Assembly (NCBI GenBank): GCA_964658025.1
Contig: CAZZXB010000076.1
Span: forward strand, 1 to 10,728
Direction of reading: 5' to 3'
DNA: 10,728 bases
Origin: an uncultured Janthinobacterium sp.
GTDB lineage: Bacteria > Vulcanimicrobiota > Vulcanimicrobiia > Vulcanimicrobiales > Vulcanimicrobiaceae
The notes beneath the pieces are model-generated. The model had not been told where the DNA came from and did no database searches. It saw only the letters and a program-made list of their open reading frames with translations. Shown here in pieces: positions 1 to 8,185 of this stretch. The translations under genes and the position numbers were made by a program. The first letter of the stretch is position 1, and every line of letters begins with the position of its first letter.

Positions 1-1190
1 AGCCCGACGCCGATCCCCAAGTTCGCCTGGATCGACGGGTCGTACGGATAGTACAGGAGCGGATTGGACGTCCCCGTGAAGAGGCCGCCGCGGTCGCCGA
101 AACTGCGCACGTCCTCGTTGTTGAACAAGACCTGCAGCGATTGATTCTGGTCGTGGCCGAACTTGAGCACGAAATTGTTGCGGATCGCGTCGGCCGTGCG
201 GTATCCCGTCCCGTAGAACGCGCCGTTGCCGAGCGTCGCGACGTTCGTATCGTTCTGTCCGTACCCGACGTCCCCGGCGATGTTCGAGTACGGAACGTCA
301 CGGATGCCGGAGTACGAGAAGTAGTCCGAGATATTGCCGCTCCGCGTCGCCGCACCGTACTCGAATTGGAATTGATGCGAGAAATTCGGGCCGCCGACGT
401 CGGCGCCGATCGTTCCGAACCCCGGATACGTTCCGCGCTTCGTGATCGTGTTGATCACGCCGCTCCCGACGTTGCCCTGCGTGGCGTCGCCCGCGCCGCT
501 CACGACCTGCACCGAACCGACGCCGTTATTGAGCACGTCCGACGAGTTGAGGTTGAGAAACGGATCCGTGAACGGCACGCCGTCCAACTGATAGCCGACC
601 TCGTTCTCGAGCCCGCCGCGGATCGTCACCGTCCCCGACGACGAGACCGAGACGCCGGGTGCGGAGAGCAAGAGCGCCTTCTGATCGGTCGCGAGATTCC
701 GACCCGTCGACTGTTCGATGCGACCGGCGCCGATCGTCACGGAGTCGGTCGTCTGGGTCGGCTGGTACGCGGACGACGCGCTGTGCGCGCTCACCCGCCC
801 GATCTGCCGCAGCCGCTTCGAGATCCTCACCGAGCCGAGATTATTGGTTTGGTCGCCGATGATCGTGATGCCCGATTCCGAAACCGCGTCGTAGCCGGGT
901 GCCTCGACCGTGAAGACGTACGTGTCGGCCGTTATCCCGTTGACGACGAACGAACCGTTCCCCGAGGTCACCGCGCGGAACGTTCCCGACGGCGAGGCGA
1001 AGGTCACGCGGACGTTCGCGACGCCGCCGTCCGTCGCCGCGTCGACGATCGTGCCGGTGACGTTTCCGTATTGTCCGCCCGCCGCGAATGCGGGCGCGGG
1101 GGGCACGAACGCGATCCCGGCGGAGACGGCGACGACGAACGAAATGCAAAAGGCGACCGCACGTACGGTCCGACGATAAAAGGCACGCAT
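1..1190 (-). CDS. TonB-dependent outer-membrane receptor with N-terminal carboxypeptidase-regulatory-like domain and plug domain (5' part; runs off the left edge)
   Basis: Not in the ORF track because there is no stop in the window. Manual translation from ATG at 1190, with GGGAG just upstream, gives a signal peptide MRAFYRRTVRAVAFCISFVVAVSAGIAFVPPAPAFA. Next is GNVTGTIVDAATDGGVANVRVTF...GSFVVNGITADTYVFTVEAPGY (CarboxypepD_reg-like), then LLLSAPGVSVSSSGTVTIRGGLENEVGYQLDGVPFTDP...GNVGSGVINTITKRG (TBDR plug motifs). The frame stays open to the window edge. Confidence 0.9.
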   Translation of the reverse strand, partial: MRAFYRRTVRAVAFCISFVVAVSAGIAFVPPAPAFAAGGQYGNVTGTIVDAATDGGVANVRVTFASPSGTFRAVTSGNGSFVVNGITADTYVFTVEAPGYDAVSESGITIIGDQTNNLGSVRISKRLRQIGRVSAHSASSAYQPTQTTDSVTIGAGRIEQSTGRNLATDQKALLLSAPGVSVSSSGTVTIRGGLENEVGYQLDGVPFTDPFLNLNSSDVLNNGVGSVQVVSGAGDATQGNVGSGVINTITKRGTYPGFGTIGADVGGPNFSHQFQFEYGAATRSGNISDYFSYSGIRDVPYSNIAGDVGYGQNDTNVATLGNGAFYGTGYRTADAIRNNFVLKFGHDQNQSLQVLFNNEDVRSFGDRGGLFTGTSNPLLYYPYDPSIQANLGIGVG

Positions 1191-1338
1191 GAGAGAAAGC
1201 TCCCGACGCAAGGGTTGCCCGCCTCGTTCTTGGCGTCGCGTAGCGGACCTCTTCCATTTCGCCCGGGCTTCGAACGTTCGGTGTCACCGATGGCGCGCGC
1301 GCTCGTTGAGAATCTTCCCAGCGGCTAACGGCGCGCGA

Positions 1339-1950
1339 TCACGCGTCCGGAGCGTCGAGCGCCTTGATCGCGAGGGCGACGCACATCGCACCGAACGTCA
1401 GGAAGGTGCGGCTCTCGGCGCGCGGGATCACGCTCGGATCGTACGTTCCCTTACCTTCGATCGCGCGAGGTCCGAGATTCGGAACGACGCGCGGGACGCT
1501 CGCGAGATATTCCGCGAACGCGTCGCCGAAGGTCGCGCCGAGATAGGCCTCCTCGAGCGGCACGATCGCCGCGTAGACGCCGATCATCGCGCCGAGTCCG
1601 GCGACCGCGAGCAGGGCGCGCTCGAGCGCGCTCTGCGCGCCCGTGTACGCGATCGTGAAGCCGAGGGCGGTCGCGAAATTTCCGACGTAGAGCGGGTTAC
1701 GGACGTACGCGTACGGTCCCGCGGTGACGAGTTGCGGCGCGACGACGCGATCGGAACGCGTCGTCACCCCGGAATAGCCGACCGCCCAGCAACGCAACGC
1801 CTCGCCCGCGAGCGCGATCGGGACGCCGAGCGCGACCGACGATCGCGTCGGCCGACCGAACGCGACGAGCGCGAGCGCGGGGAGCGCGAGGAGCGTTCCG
1901 CGATTCTTGAAGACGAGATCGCGCCACGAGCGCTCGCGGTCAGCCGACAT
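1339..1950 (-). CDS. Isoprenylcysteine carboxyl methyltransferase / phospholipid methyltransferase (ICMT/PEMT) family membrane protein
   Basis: 203 aa with hydrophobic segments and the family motifs GEALRCWA, LVTAGPYAYVRNPLYVGN and EEAYLGATFGDAFAEYLASVPR. SD-like GAGGA lies 5 nt before the ATG. Confidence 0.88.
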   Translation of the reverse strand: MSADRERSWRDLVFKNRGTLLALPALALVAFGRPTRSSVALGVPIALAGEALRCWAVGYSGVTTRSDRVVAPQLVTAGPYAYVRNPLYVGNFATALGFTIAYTGAQSALERALLAVAGLGAMIGVYAAIVPLEEAYLGATFGDAFAEYLASVPRVVPNLGPRAIEGKGTYDPSVIPRAESRTFLTFGAMCVALAIKALDAPDA

Positions 1951-2260
1951 CGGCGTCCTCGGTGTCGGTCGGCGCGGCGGGCACGGCTCGCGTCGAAACG
2001 GGATCGAGGTCGCTCGTCGCGGGATCGAGATCGAGCGCGACGTGGCGGAATCCGAGCGCGCGCAGACGCTCGGCGAGATCGTCGCGGACCGCGGCGTCGG
2101 AGGCGCGCTCGATCTCCGCTTCGTCCAGCCGGATCCGGGCCACGTCGCCGTGCGCGAAGACGCGGGCGGTCGCGAAACCGGCTCGCGCGAGTTCGTCGTT
2201 CGCGCGCGCCTCGCGCGCGTCGCCGTCGCCCGGCGCGTCAGGGATCACGGATGAGATCAT
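1940..2260 (-). CDS. Small protein resembling only the C-terminal domain of LarE (PP-loop sulfur transferase family); no PP-loop domain
   Basis: ANDELARAGFATARVFAHGDVARIRLDEAEIERA...VRDDLAERLRALGFRHVALDL matches the recalled LarE C-terminal pattern (E..L...GF...RVR.HG..ARIE......R..I...LK.LGF.YV.LDL). It overlaps larC by 23 nt and the methyltransferase by 11 nt. GAGGAG lies 13 nt upstream of the ATG; GTG at 2248 is an alternative start. Confidence 0.72.
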   Translation of the reverse strand: MISSVIPDAPGDGDAREARANDELARAGFATARVFAHGDVARIRLDEAEIERASDAAVRDDLAERLRALGFRHVALDLDPATSDLDPVSTRAVPAAPTDTEDADVG

Positions 2261-3599
2261 GGGGCGGAAGGTACTCCTCGATGCGCGCCGCCGTTTCGGC
2301 GAAGGGCAGGTTGCGTTCGCGCGCGATCCGCGCGACGTCGTCGTATTCGAGCGTGCGCCGGGCTTGTCCGTCGATGGTCGCGGTCTTCACGCGCACGGAG
2401 CCGAGCGGCGTCTCGATCGTCGCGATCGCGCGCGGTAACACGTAGCGCCGCTCGACGCGCACGCGCACGCCGAGCGTCGTCGTCTCGGCGAGCATCGCGG
2501 CCGCGACGTCCGCCTCGCGCGCGCGCGGCGCGACCGCGCCGAAGAGGATCCCGGGGCGCGACTTCTTCATCGTGACGGGCGCGAGCCACACGTCGTGCGC
2601 GCCGGCCGCGAGCGCGCGCTCGATGGCGAGCTCGAAGCGCTGCGGCGACATGTCGTCGACGTTCGCTTCGAGCACGACGACCTCGTCGGCTTCGATCGCG
2701 AACGCGCGTCGCGCGACGTCCGCCCCGTCCGGCGGCGACGCACCGTTCGCCGCATCCCTCGCCGACGAACGTTCCGCCTCGTTCGGCGACGACGCGATCG
2801 CCGTCTCGGCCGGGTTCGCGAGCGCTTCGCTCGGGCGCGATCGCGCATCGCCGAGGAACGCTCCGCGACGATCCGCATCGATGGCGATCGCCGCGCCGAT
2901 CGACACGCGGAGCACGTTCGGGATCGCGAAGTCGGACCGACCCGCGCCGTAGCCGATCGCGCTCGCGCGCATCGCGGGGCGCTCGCCCGGCCGTTCGACG
3001 AACGACGTCAACACGGCCGCGCCCGTCGTCGTCACCATCTCGCCGTCGATGCCGGCATCGTACGTCGGCGCATCGCGCAAGAGCTCGAGCGTCGCGGGCG
3101 GCGGATTCGGATAGCGGCCGTGATGCATCGCGATCGTCCCGCGTCCGATCGGAAACGCCGAACACGCCACGCGCTCCACGCCGAGCAGATCGAATCCGAC
3201 GCACGCGCCCGCGATGTCGAGGATCGCGTCGGTCGCGCCGACTTCGTGGAAGTGGATCGCGTCGACGTTCGTTCCGTGCACGCGCGCCTCTGCCTCGGCG
3301 AGCCGGCGATAGATCGCCGACGCGCGCGCCTTCACGTTCTCCGCGAGCGCGCTCCGCGCGAGCACGTCGAGCACGTCCGCGAGACGACGGACCGGTTCGT
3401 TCGGCGCGACGACGAAATCGTAGTGCGTCGCCGCGACGCCGCGCTTCACCACGCGCTCGAGCGTGCTCGACCATCCGTCGAGCGGGAGCGTGCGGAGCGC
3501 GCGCTCCAGATCGTCGCGCGCGAGCCCGGCATCGAGGAGCGCGCCGAGCAGCATGTTGCCGCTCGCGCCGCCGATCATCTCGACGTAGGCGACCTTCAC
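2238..3599 (-). CDS. larC: Nickel pincer cofactor biosynthesis protein LarC (DUF111; CTP-dependent nickel insertase), fused LarC1+LarC2
   Basis: 453 aa from a GTG start. Motifs GASGNMLLGALLDAG, LAEAEARVHG, IHFHEVGATDAILDI, HGRYPNPPPATLELL, EMVTTTGAA, IGYGAG, PNVLRV, LEANVDDMSPQ, MKKSRPG, ETTTLGVR and EYDD follow the LarC family in order. Confidence 0.93.
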   Translation of the reverse strand: MKVAYVEMIGGASGNMLLGALLDAGLARDDLERALRTLPLDGWSSTLERVVKRGVAATHYDFVVAPNEPVRRLADVLDVLARSALAENVKARASAIYRRLAEAEARVHGTNVDAIHFHEVGATDAILDIAGACVGFDLLGVERVACSAFPIGRGTIAMHHGRYPNPPPATLELLRDAPTYDAGIDGEMVTTTGAAVLTSFVERPGERPAMRASAIGYGAGRSDFAIPNVLRVSIGAAIAIDADRRGAFLGDARSRPSEALANPAETAIASSPNEAERSSARDAANGASPPDGADVARRAFAIEADEVVVLEANVDDMSPQRFELAIERALAAGAHDVWLAPVTMKKSRPGILFGAVAPRAREADVAAAMLAETTTLGVRVRVERRYVLPRAIATIETPLGSVRVKTATIDGQARRTLEYDDVARIARERNLPFAETAARIEEYLPPHDLIRDP

Positions 3600-3606
3600 G
3601 TTTCGA

Positions 3607-4536
3607 TCACGAGACGAGCGCCGCGCGTTCGGCGTCGTAGATCTCGCGCAACGATCGCGGGAGCGCGATCCGCGGCTCCCAGCCCGTCGCCTCGCGGAGT
3701 TTCGTCGCGTCGCCGAAGAACAGCGGCACGTCGACCGGACGCACGAGCGCGGGATCCTCGCGGATCTCGACGCCGACGCGCGCGATCGTCACGAGCGTGC
3801 GGAGCACGTCCACGATCCGCGTGGCTTTTCCGGAACAGACGTTGTAGATCTCGCCCGTCGCCCCGCGTTCGCCGAGATCGGCGTACGCGCGCACGACGTC
3901 CCGCACGTCGAGAAAATCGCGTTGCGCCGTGAGGTTTCCGACCGGAAAGAGCGGCGGCCCGCCCGCGGCGATCGCCGCGAGCCGACGCGCGAACGACGCC
4001 ACGACGAAGCGGTCGCTCTGCCCCGGACCGATGTGGTTGAACGCGCGCGTGACGAGCGCGTGCAGACCGAACGCGCGCGCCGACGCCAGCACGATCGCTT
4101 CGGCCGCGAGCTTACTCGCCGCGTACGCCGTCGCGGGCTTCGCGAGCGTCGTCTCGCGGAGCGGGAACGCCGCGTCGGGCTGCTCGCCGTAGACTTCGCC
4201 CGAACTGACGTACACGAGCCTCGGACGCGCCTCCGGCCCGAGCGCGCGGATCGCCTCCACGACGCGCGCCGTGCCGAGCGCGTTCGTGTCGTACGTTTCG
4301 AGCGGCGCGCGCGTCGCTTCCGGGACGAAGGCCTGCGCCGCGAGATGGTACACGACGTCCGCACGCGCGTCCGCGACGAGCCGTCGCACCGCGTCCGTCG
4401 CGCCGAGTTCGAAGGCGACGTCGACCTCGGGACCGGGCTCGCGCCCCGCGGCGACGGTCTCGATCCCGCGCGCGCGTAGTTCCGTCGCGAGATACCGTCC
4501 GACGAATCCGTCCGCGCCGGTAACGAGTGCGCGCAT
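3607..4536 (-). CDS. rmd: GDP-4-keto-6-deoxy-D-mannose reductase-like extended SDR (Rmd type; probable GDP-D-rhamnose synthase)
   Basis: Rossmann motif ALVTGADGFVG, YHLAAQAFVP, SSGEVYG, catalytic YAASK, RAFNHIGPGQS and VGNLTAQRDFLDVRDVVRAY. It lies 12 nt downstream of gmd with SD-like AAGGGA. Product stereochemistry (D-rhamnose vs 6-deoxy-D-talose) cannot be read from sequence. Confidence 0.75.
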   Translation of the reverse strand: MRALVTGADGFVGRYLATELRARGIETVAAGREPGPEVDVAFELGATDAVRRLVADARADVVYHLAAQAFVPEATRAPLETYDTNALGTARVVEAIRALGPEARPRLVYVSSGEVYGEQPDAAFPLRETTLAKPATAYAASKLAAEAIVLASARAFGLHALVTRAFNHIGPGQSDRFVVASFARRLAAIAAGGPPLFPVGNLTAQRDFLDVRDVVRAYADLGERGATGEIYNVCSGKATRIVDVLRTLVTIARVGVEIREDPALVRPVDVPLFFGDATKLREATGWEPRIALPRSLREIYDAERAALVS

Positions 4537-4548
4537 GCGGTCGTCCCT

Positions 4549-5592
<1,044 letters not shown>

Positions 5593-5630
5593 CTAGCGAA
5601 CGGAACGACACACGCTTGGAACGGAGACGG

Positions 5631-6734
5631 ATGACATACGATTTTCTCGTCGTCGGCGCGGGTTTCGCCGGATGCACGATCGCCGAACGACTCGCCTCGC
5701 AGTGCGGCGCGCGCGTTCTGGTGGTGGAAGCCCGGTCGCACGTGGCCGGAAACGCCTACGATCCGCTCGACGACCACGGCATCCGCGTGCATCGCTACGG
5801 ACCGCACATCTTCCACACCTCGAGCGAACGCGTCCGCGACTATCTCTCGCAGTTCACGACGTGGCGGCCCTACGAGCATCGCGTGCTCGCGCGGGTCGGC
5901 GAACGCGACGTCCCGCTCCCGCTCTCGAGCCGGACGATCGCCGCGCTCTACGGACTCGATCTCGACGAAGCGGGGATGACGGCGTTCTTCGAAGCGCGCC
6001 GCGATCGCACGCGCCCGATCGAGAATTCGGAAGACGCGATCGTGGCGCGCGTGGGACGCGAGCTGTACGAAACGCTCTTCGCGAACTATACGCGCAAGCA
6101 GTGGGGCATCGACGCGCGCGAACTCGACGCGAGCGTCTGCGGCCGCATCCCGATCCGCACGAACGCCGACGACCGCTACTTCTCCGATACGTTTCAGGCG
6201 ATGCCGACCGACGGATTCGAAGCGCTCTGCGCGCGGATGCTCGCGACGCCCGGCATCGAGGTGGAACTCTCCACGTCGTTCGAAGACGCGGCACGACGCG
6301 TCCGATTCGACCATCTCGTCTATACGGGACCGATCGACGCGTACTTCGGTCATCGCTTCGGTCCCTTACCGTATCGCTCGCTCGCGTTCGAATTCGAAAC
6401 GCATGCGACGGAGCGATACCAACCCGTCGCCGTCGTGAACTATCCCGGCGCCGAGCCGTTCACGCGCGTGACGGAGTTCAAGCACCTGACCGGCCAGACG
6501 CACGCGAAGACGACGATCGCACGCGAGTATCCGCGCGACGCGGGCGAGCCGTACTATCCGATCCCGCGCGCGGAGAACCGCGCGCTCTACGCGCGTTACG
6601 CCGCGGAGGCGCGCGCCCGAGCGGACGTCACGTTCGTCGGCCGCCTCGCCGAATATCGGTACTACAACATCGATCAGGTCGTGGCGTCGGCGCTCGCGGC
6701 GTTCGAACGGCTCGCCCGCGAACGGGTCGCCTGA
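5631..6734 (+). CDS. glf: UDP-galactopyranose mutase
   Basis: FAD-binding YDFLVVGAGFAG, AGNAYD, HRYGPHIFHT, YTRKQWG, DDRYFSDTFQAMP, LPYRSL, FTRVTEFKH, EPYYP and GRLAEYRYYNIDQ. Start placed at ATG 5631 (GGAGA at 5623-5627) rather than the track's TTG at 5616. Confidence 0.97.
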   Translation: MTYDFLVVGAGFAGCTIAERLASQCGARVLVVEARSHVAGNAYDPLDDHGIRVHRYGPHIFHTSSERVRDYLSQFTTWRPYEHRVLARVGERDVPLPLSSRTIAALYGLDLDEAGMTAFFEARRDRTRPIENSEDAIVARVGRELYETLFANYTRKQWGIDARELDASVCGRIPIRTNADDRYFSDTFQAMPTDGFEALCARMLATPGIEVELSTSFEDAARRVRFDHLVYTGPIDAYFGHRFGPLPYRSLAFEFETHATERYQPVAVVNYPGAEPFTRVTEFKHLTGQTHAKTTIAREYPRDAGEPYYPIPRAENRALYARYAAEARARADVTFVGRLAEYRYYNIDQVVASALAAFERLARERVA

Positions 6735-6788
6735 GGGCGATCGAGCCGCGGCGCGCCGCACGCGACTAGACGGTCGCGACCCGGATCT

Positions 6789-6798
6789 TGTATATACA
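6789..6798. promoter_or_regulatory. Palindromic operator-like site TGTATATACA overlapping a probable -10 element of the MFS gene
   Basis: Perfect 10-bp AT-rich palindrome in a very GC-rich background, ending 6 nt before the MFS ATG. TAGACG (6767-6772) lies 18 nt before TATATA (6791-6796), a sigma70-like spacing. Confidence 0.6.
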
Positions 6799-6804
6799 CG
6801 TCAC

Positions 6805-8118
6805 ATGATCGAACGCTCGCCGGCCTCCGGCACGTTGTATTACGGCTGGATCGTCGCCGCACTGACGTTCTTCGTGCTCCTGGTCGCCGCCGGGATCCGC
6901 TCGACTCCGGGTGCCCTGATGGTGCCGATGGAGCAGACCATGGGCTGGTCGGCCGCGACGATCTCCGTCGCCGTCGCGATCAACATCGTGTTGTTCGGCC
7001 TGCTCGGGCCCTTCGCGGCGGCGACGATGCAGCGCGTCGGCGTGCGGGCGACGATCCTGTTCGGCCTCGGCATCATCGTCGTATCCTCCGCGGCGACGTC
7101 GGTGATCTCCACGCCCCTCGAACTCATCTTCACTTGGGGCGTGGGCGTCGGCACGGGCGTCGGCATGATCGGTATCGTCGTCGCGGCGACGGTTTCGACG
7201 CGGTGGTTCGTCAAGAGACGCGGAACCGTCATGGGCCTGCTCACGGCGGCGAACGCGACGGGACAACTCGTGTTCCTTCCGGTCCTCGCCGTCGTCGCGC
7301 AAAGATTCGGCTGGCGACCGGTGGGACTGCTCATCGCCGCGGCCTCGTTACTCGTCGCCGTTCCGGTCGCGCTGCTCATGCGCGACCGTCCGCAAGATCT
7401 CGGCTTGCTTCCCTACGGCGCCACGGACGCCGCCGCACCGGCCGACTCGGCGCTCCTACGCGACGGGAATCCGCTGCGCACGGCATTCCGTGCGCTCGGG
7501 CGAGCCGCGAGGCGACGCGACTTCTGGCTCCTCTTCTCGACGTTCTTCATCTGCGGTGCGAGTACGAGCGGCTTCATCGGAACGCACTTCATTCCGGCCT
7601 GCGGCGACCACGGGATTCCGGAGGTTCGTGCCGCGGGATATCTCGCCATGATGGGAGCGTTCGACCTCGTCGGAACGACCGTATCCGGGTGGCTCACCGA
7701 TCGATGGAGTAGCCGGAAGTTACTGTTCTGGTACTACGGGCTGCGCGGTCTCTCGCTCTTCTTCGTGCCGTACGCGTTCGACATTCACGGCGCGTTCGGT
7801 CTCCCGCTCTTCGCGATGTTCTACGGGCTCGATTGGGTCGCGACGGTACCTCCGACCGTGCGCCTGACGATCGATGCGTTCGGAGAAGACGACGGACCGC
7901 TCGTCTTCGGATGGATTCAGAGCGGCCATCAACTCGGAGCGGGAGCCATCGCGCTTCTCGCCGGTGCGATCCGAACGTCCAGCGGCAGCTATAACGATGC
8001 CTTCGTCGCGTCCGCATGGCTCTGCATCATCTCGGCGATCGCCGTTCTCGGCATTCGCGTCGGACGCCGACCGATCGCTTCCGGGATGCCGAGAACGAAC
8101 GTCGCCGCTCGCACCTGA
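6805..8118 (+). CDS. Major facilitator superfamily transporter (YcxA/YbfB-like)
   Basis: 437 aa with about 12 hydrophobic segments in two halves. Motifs YYGWIVAALTF, AGIRSTPG, RWFVKRRGTVMGLLTAANATGQL, FFICGASTSG, THFIPACGDHG, SGWLTDRW, FYGLDWVATVPPT and FGWIQSGHQLG. Confidence 0.93.
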   Translation: MIERSPASGTLYYGWIVAALTFFVLLVAAGIRSTPGALMVPMEQTMGWSAATISVAVAINIVLFGLLGPFAAATMQRVGVRATILFGLGIIVVSSAATSVISTPLELIFTWGVGVGTGVGMIGIVVAATVSTRWFVKRRGTVMGLLTAANATGQLVFLPVLAVVAQRFGWRPVGLLIAAASLLVAVPVALLMRDRPQDLGLLPYGATDAAAPADSALLRDGNPLRTAFRALGRAARRRDFWLLFSTFFICGASTSGFIGTHFIPACGDHGIPEVRAAGYLAMMGAFDLVGTTVSGWLTDRWSSRKLLFWYYGLRGLSLFFVPYAFDIHGAFGLPLFAMFYGLDWVATVPPTVRLTIDAFGEDDGPLVFGWIQSGHQLGAGAIALLAGAIRTSSGSYNDAFVASAWLCIISAIAVLGIRVGRRPIASGMPRTNVAART

Positions 8119-8185
8119 ACCCGTCGATCGCGAGCCGCGAAGCGGCGGCGCACGCGTCTCGCGCCGAGTTCCGCTCCGACGTCCG

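Noticed and set aside
141..1328. 395-aa plus-strand ORF, and the many other long Arg/Ala-rich ORFs (e.g. 1189-2445, 2595-3932, 4555-5634, 5672-6769, 7874-9010, 8946-10238)
   Set aside because: They are antisense or off-frame shadows of genes with clear family motifs. High GC suppresses stop codons, and the translations have no recognisable motifs.
1191..1338. Possible cobalamin riboswitch upstream of the TBDR (minus strand has GCCGCTGGGAAG)
   Set aside because: Only this fragment resembles the element. The other conserved parts (GGGAA...GGTG, CCCGCAACTGT, AGYCAGRAGACC) are not evident and space is limited. An Infernal/Rfam scan would settle it.
2257..2264. Possible 1-nt indel in the C4 run near the larC end that would give a neat ATGA overlap with the next gene
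   Set aside because: Both genes are intact as given and a 23-nt overlap is unremarkable. There is no evidence for an error without reads.
8129..8163. Intrinsic terminator between the convergent MFS and GH-like genes
   Set aside because: Only a 5-bp GC hairpin with a possible outer CGCGAG/CTCGCG pairing and no U-tract on either strand, which is too weak to call.
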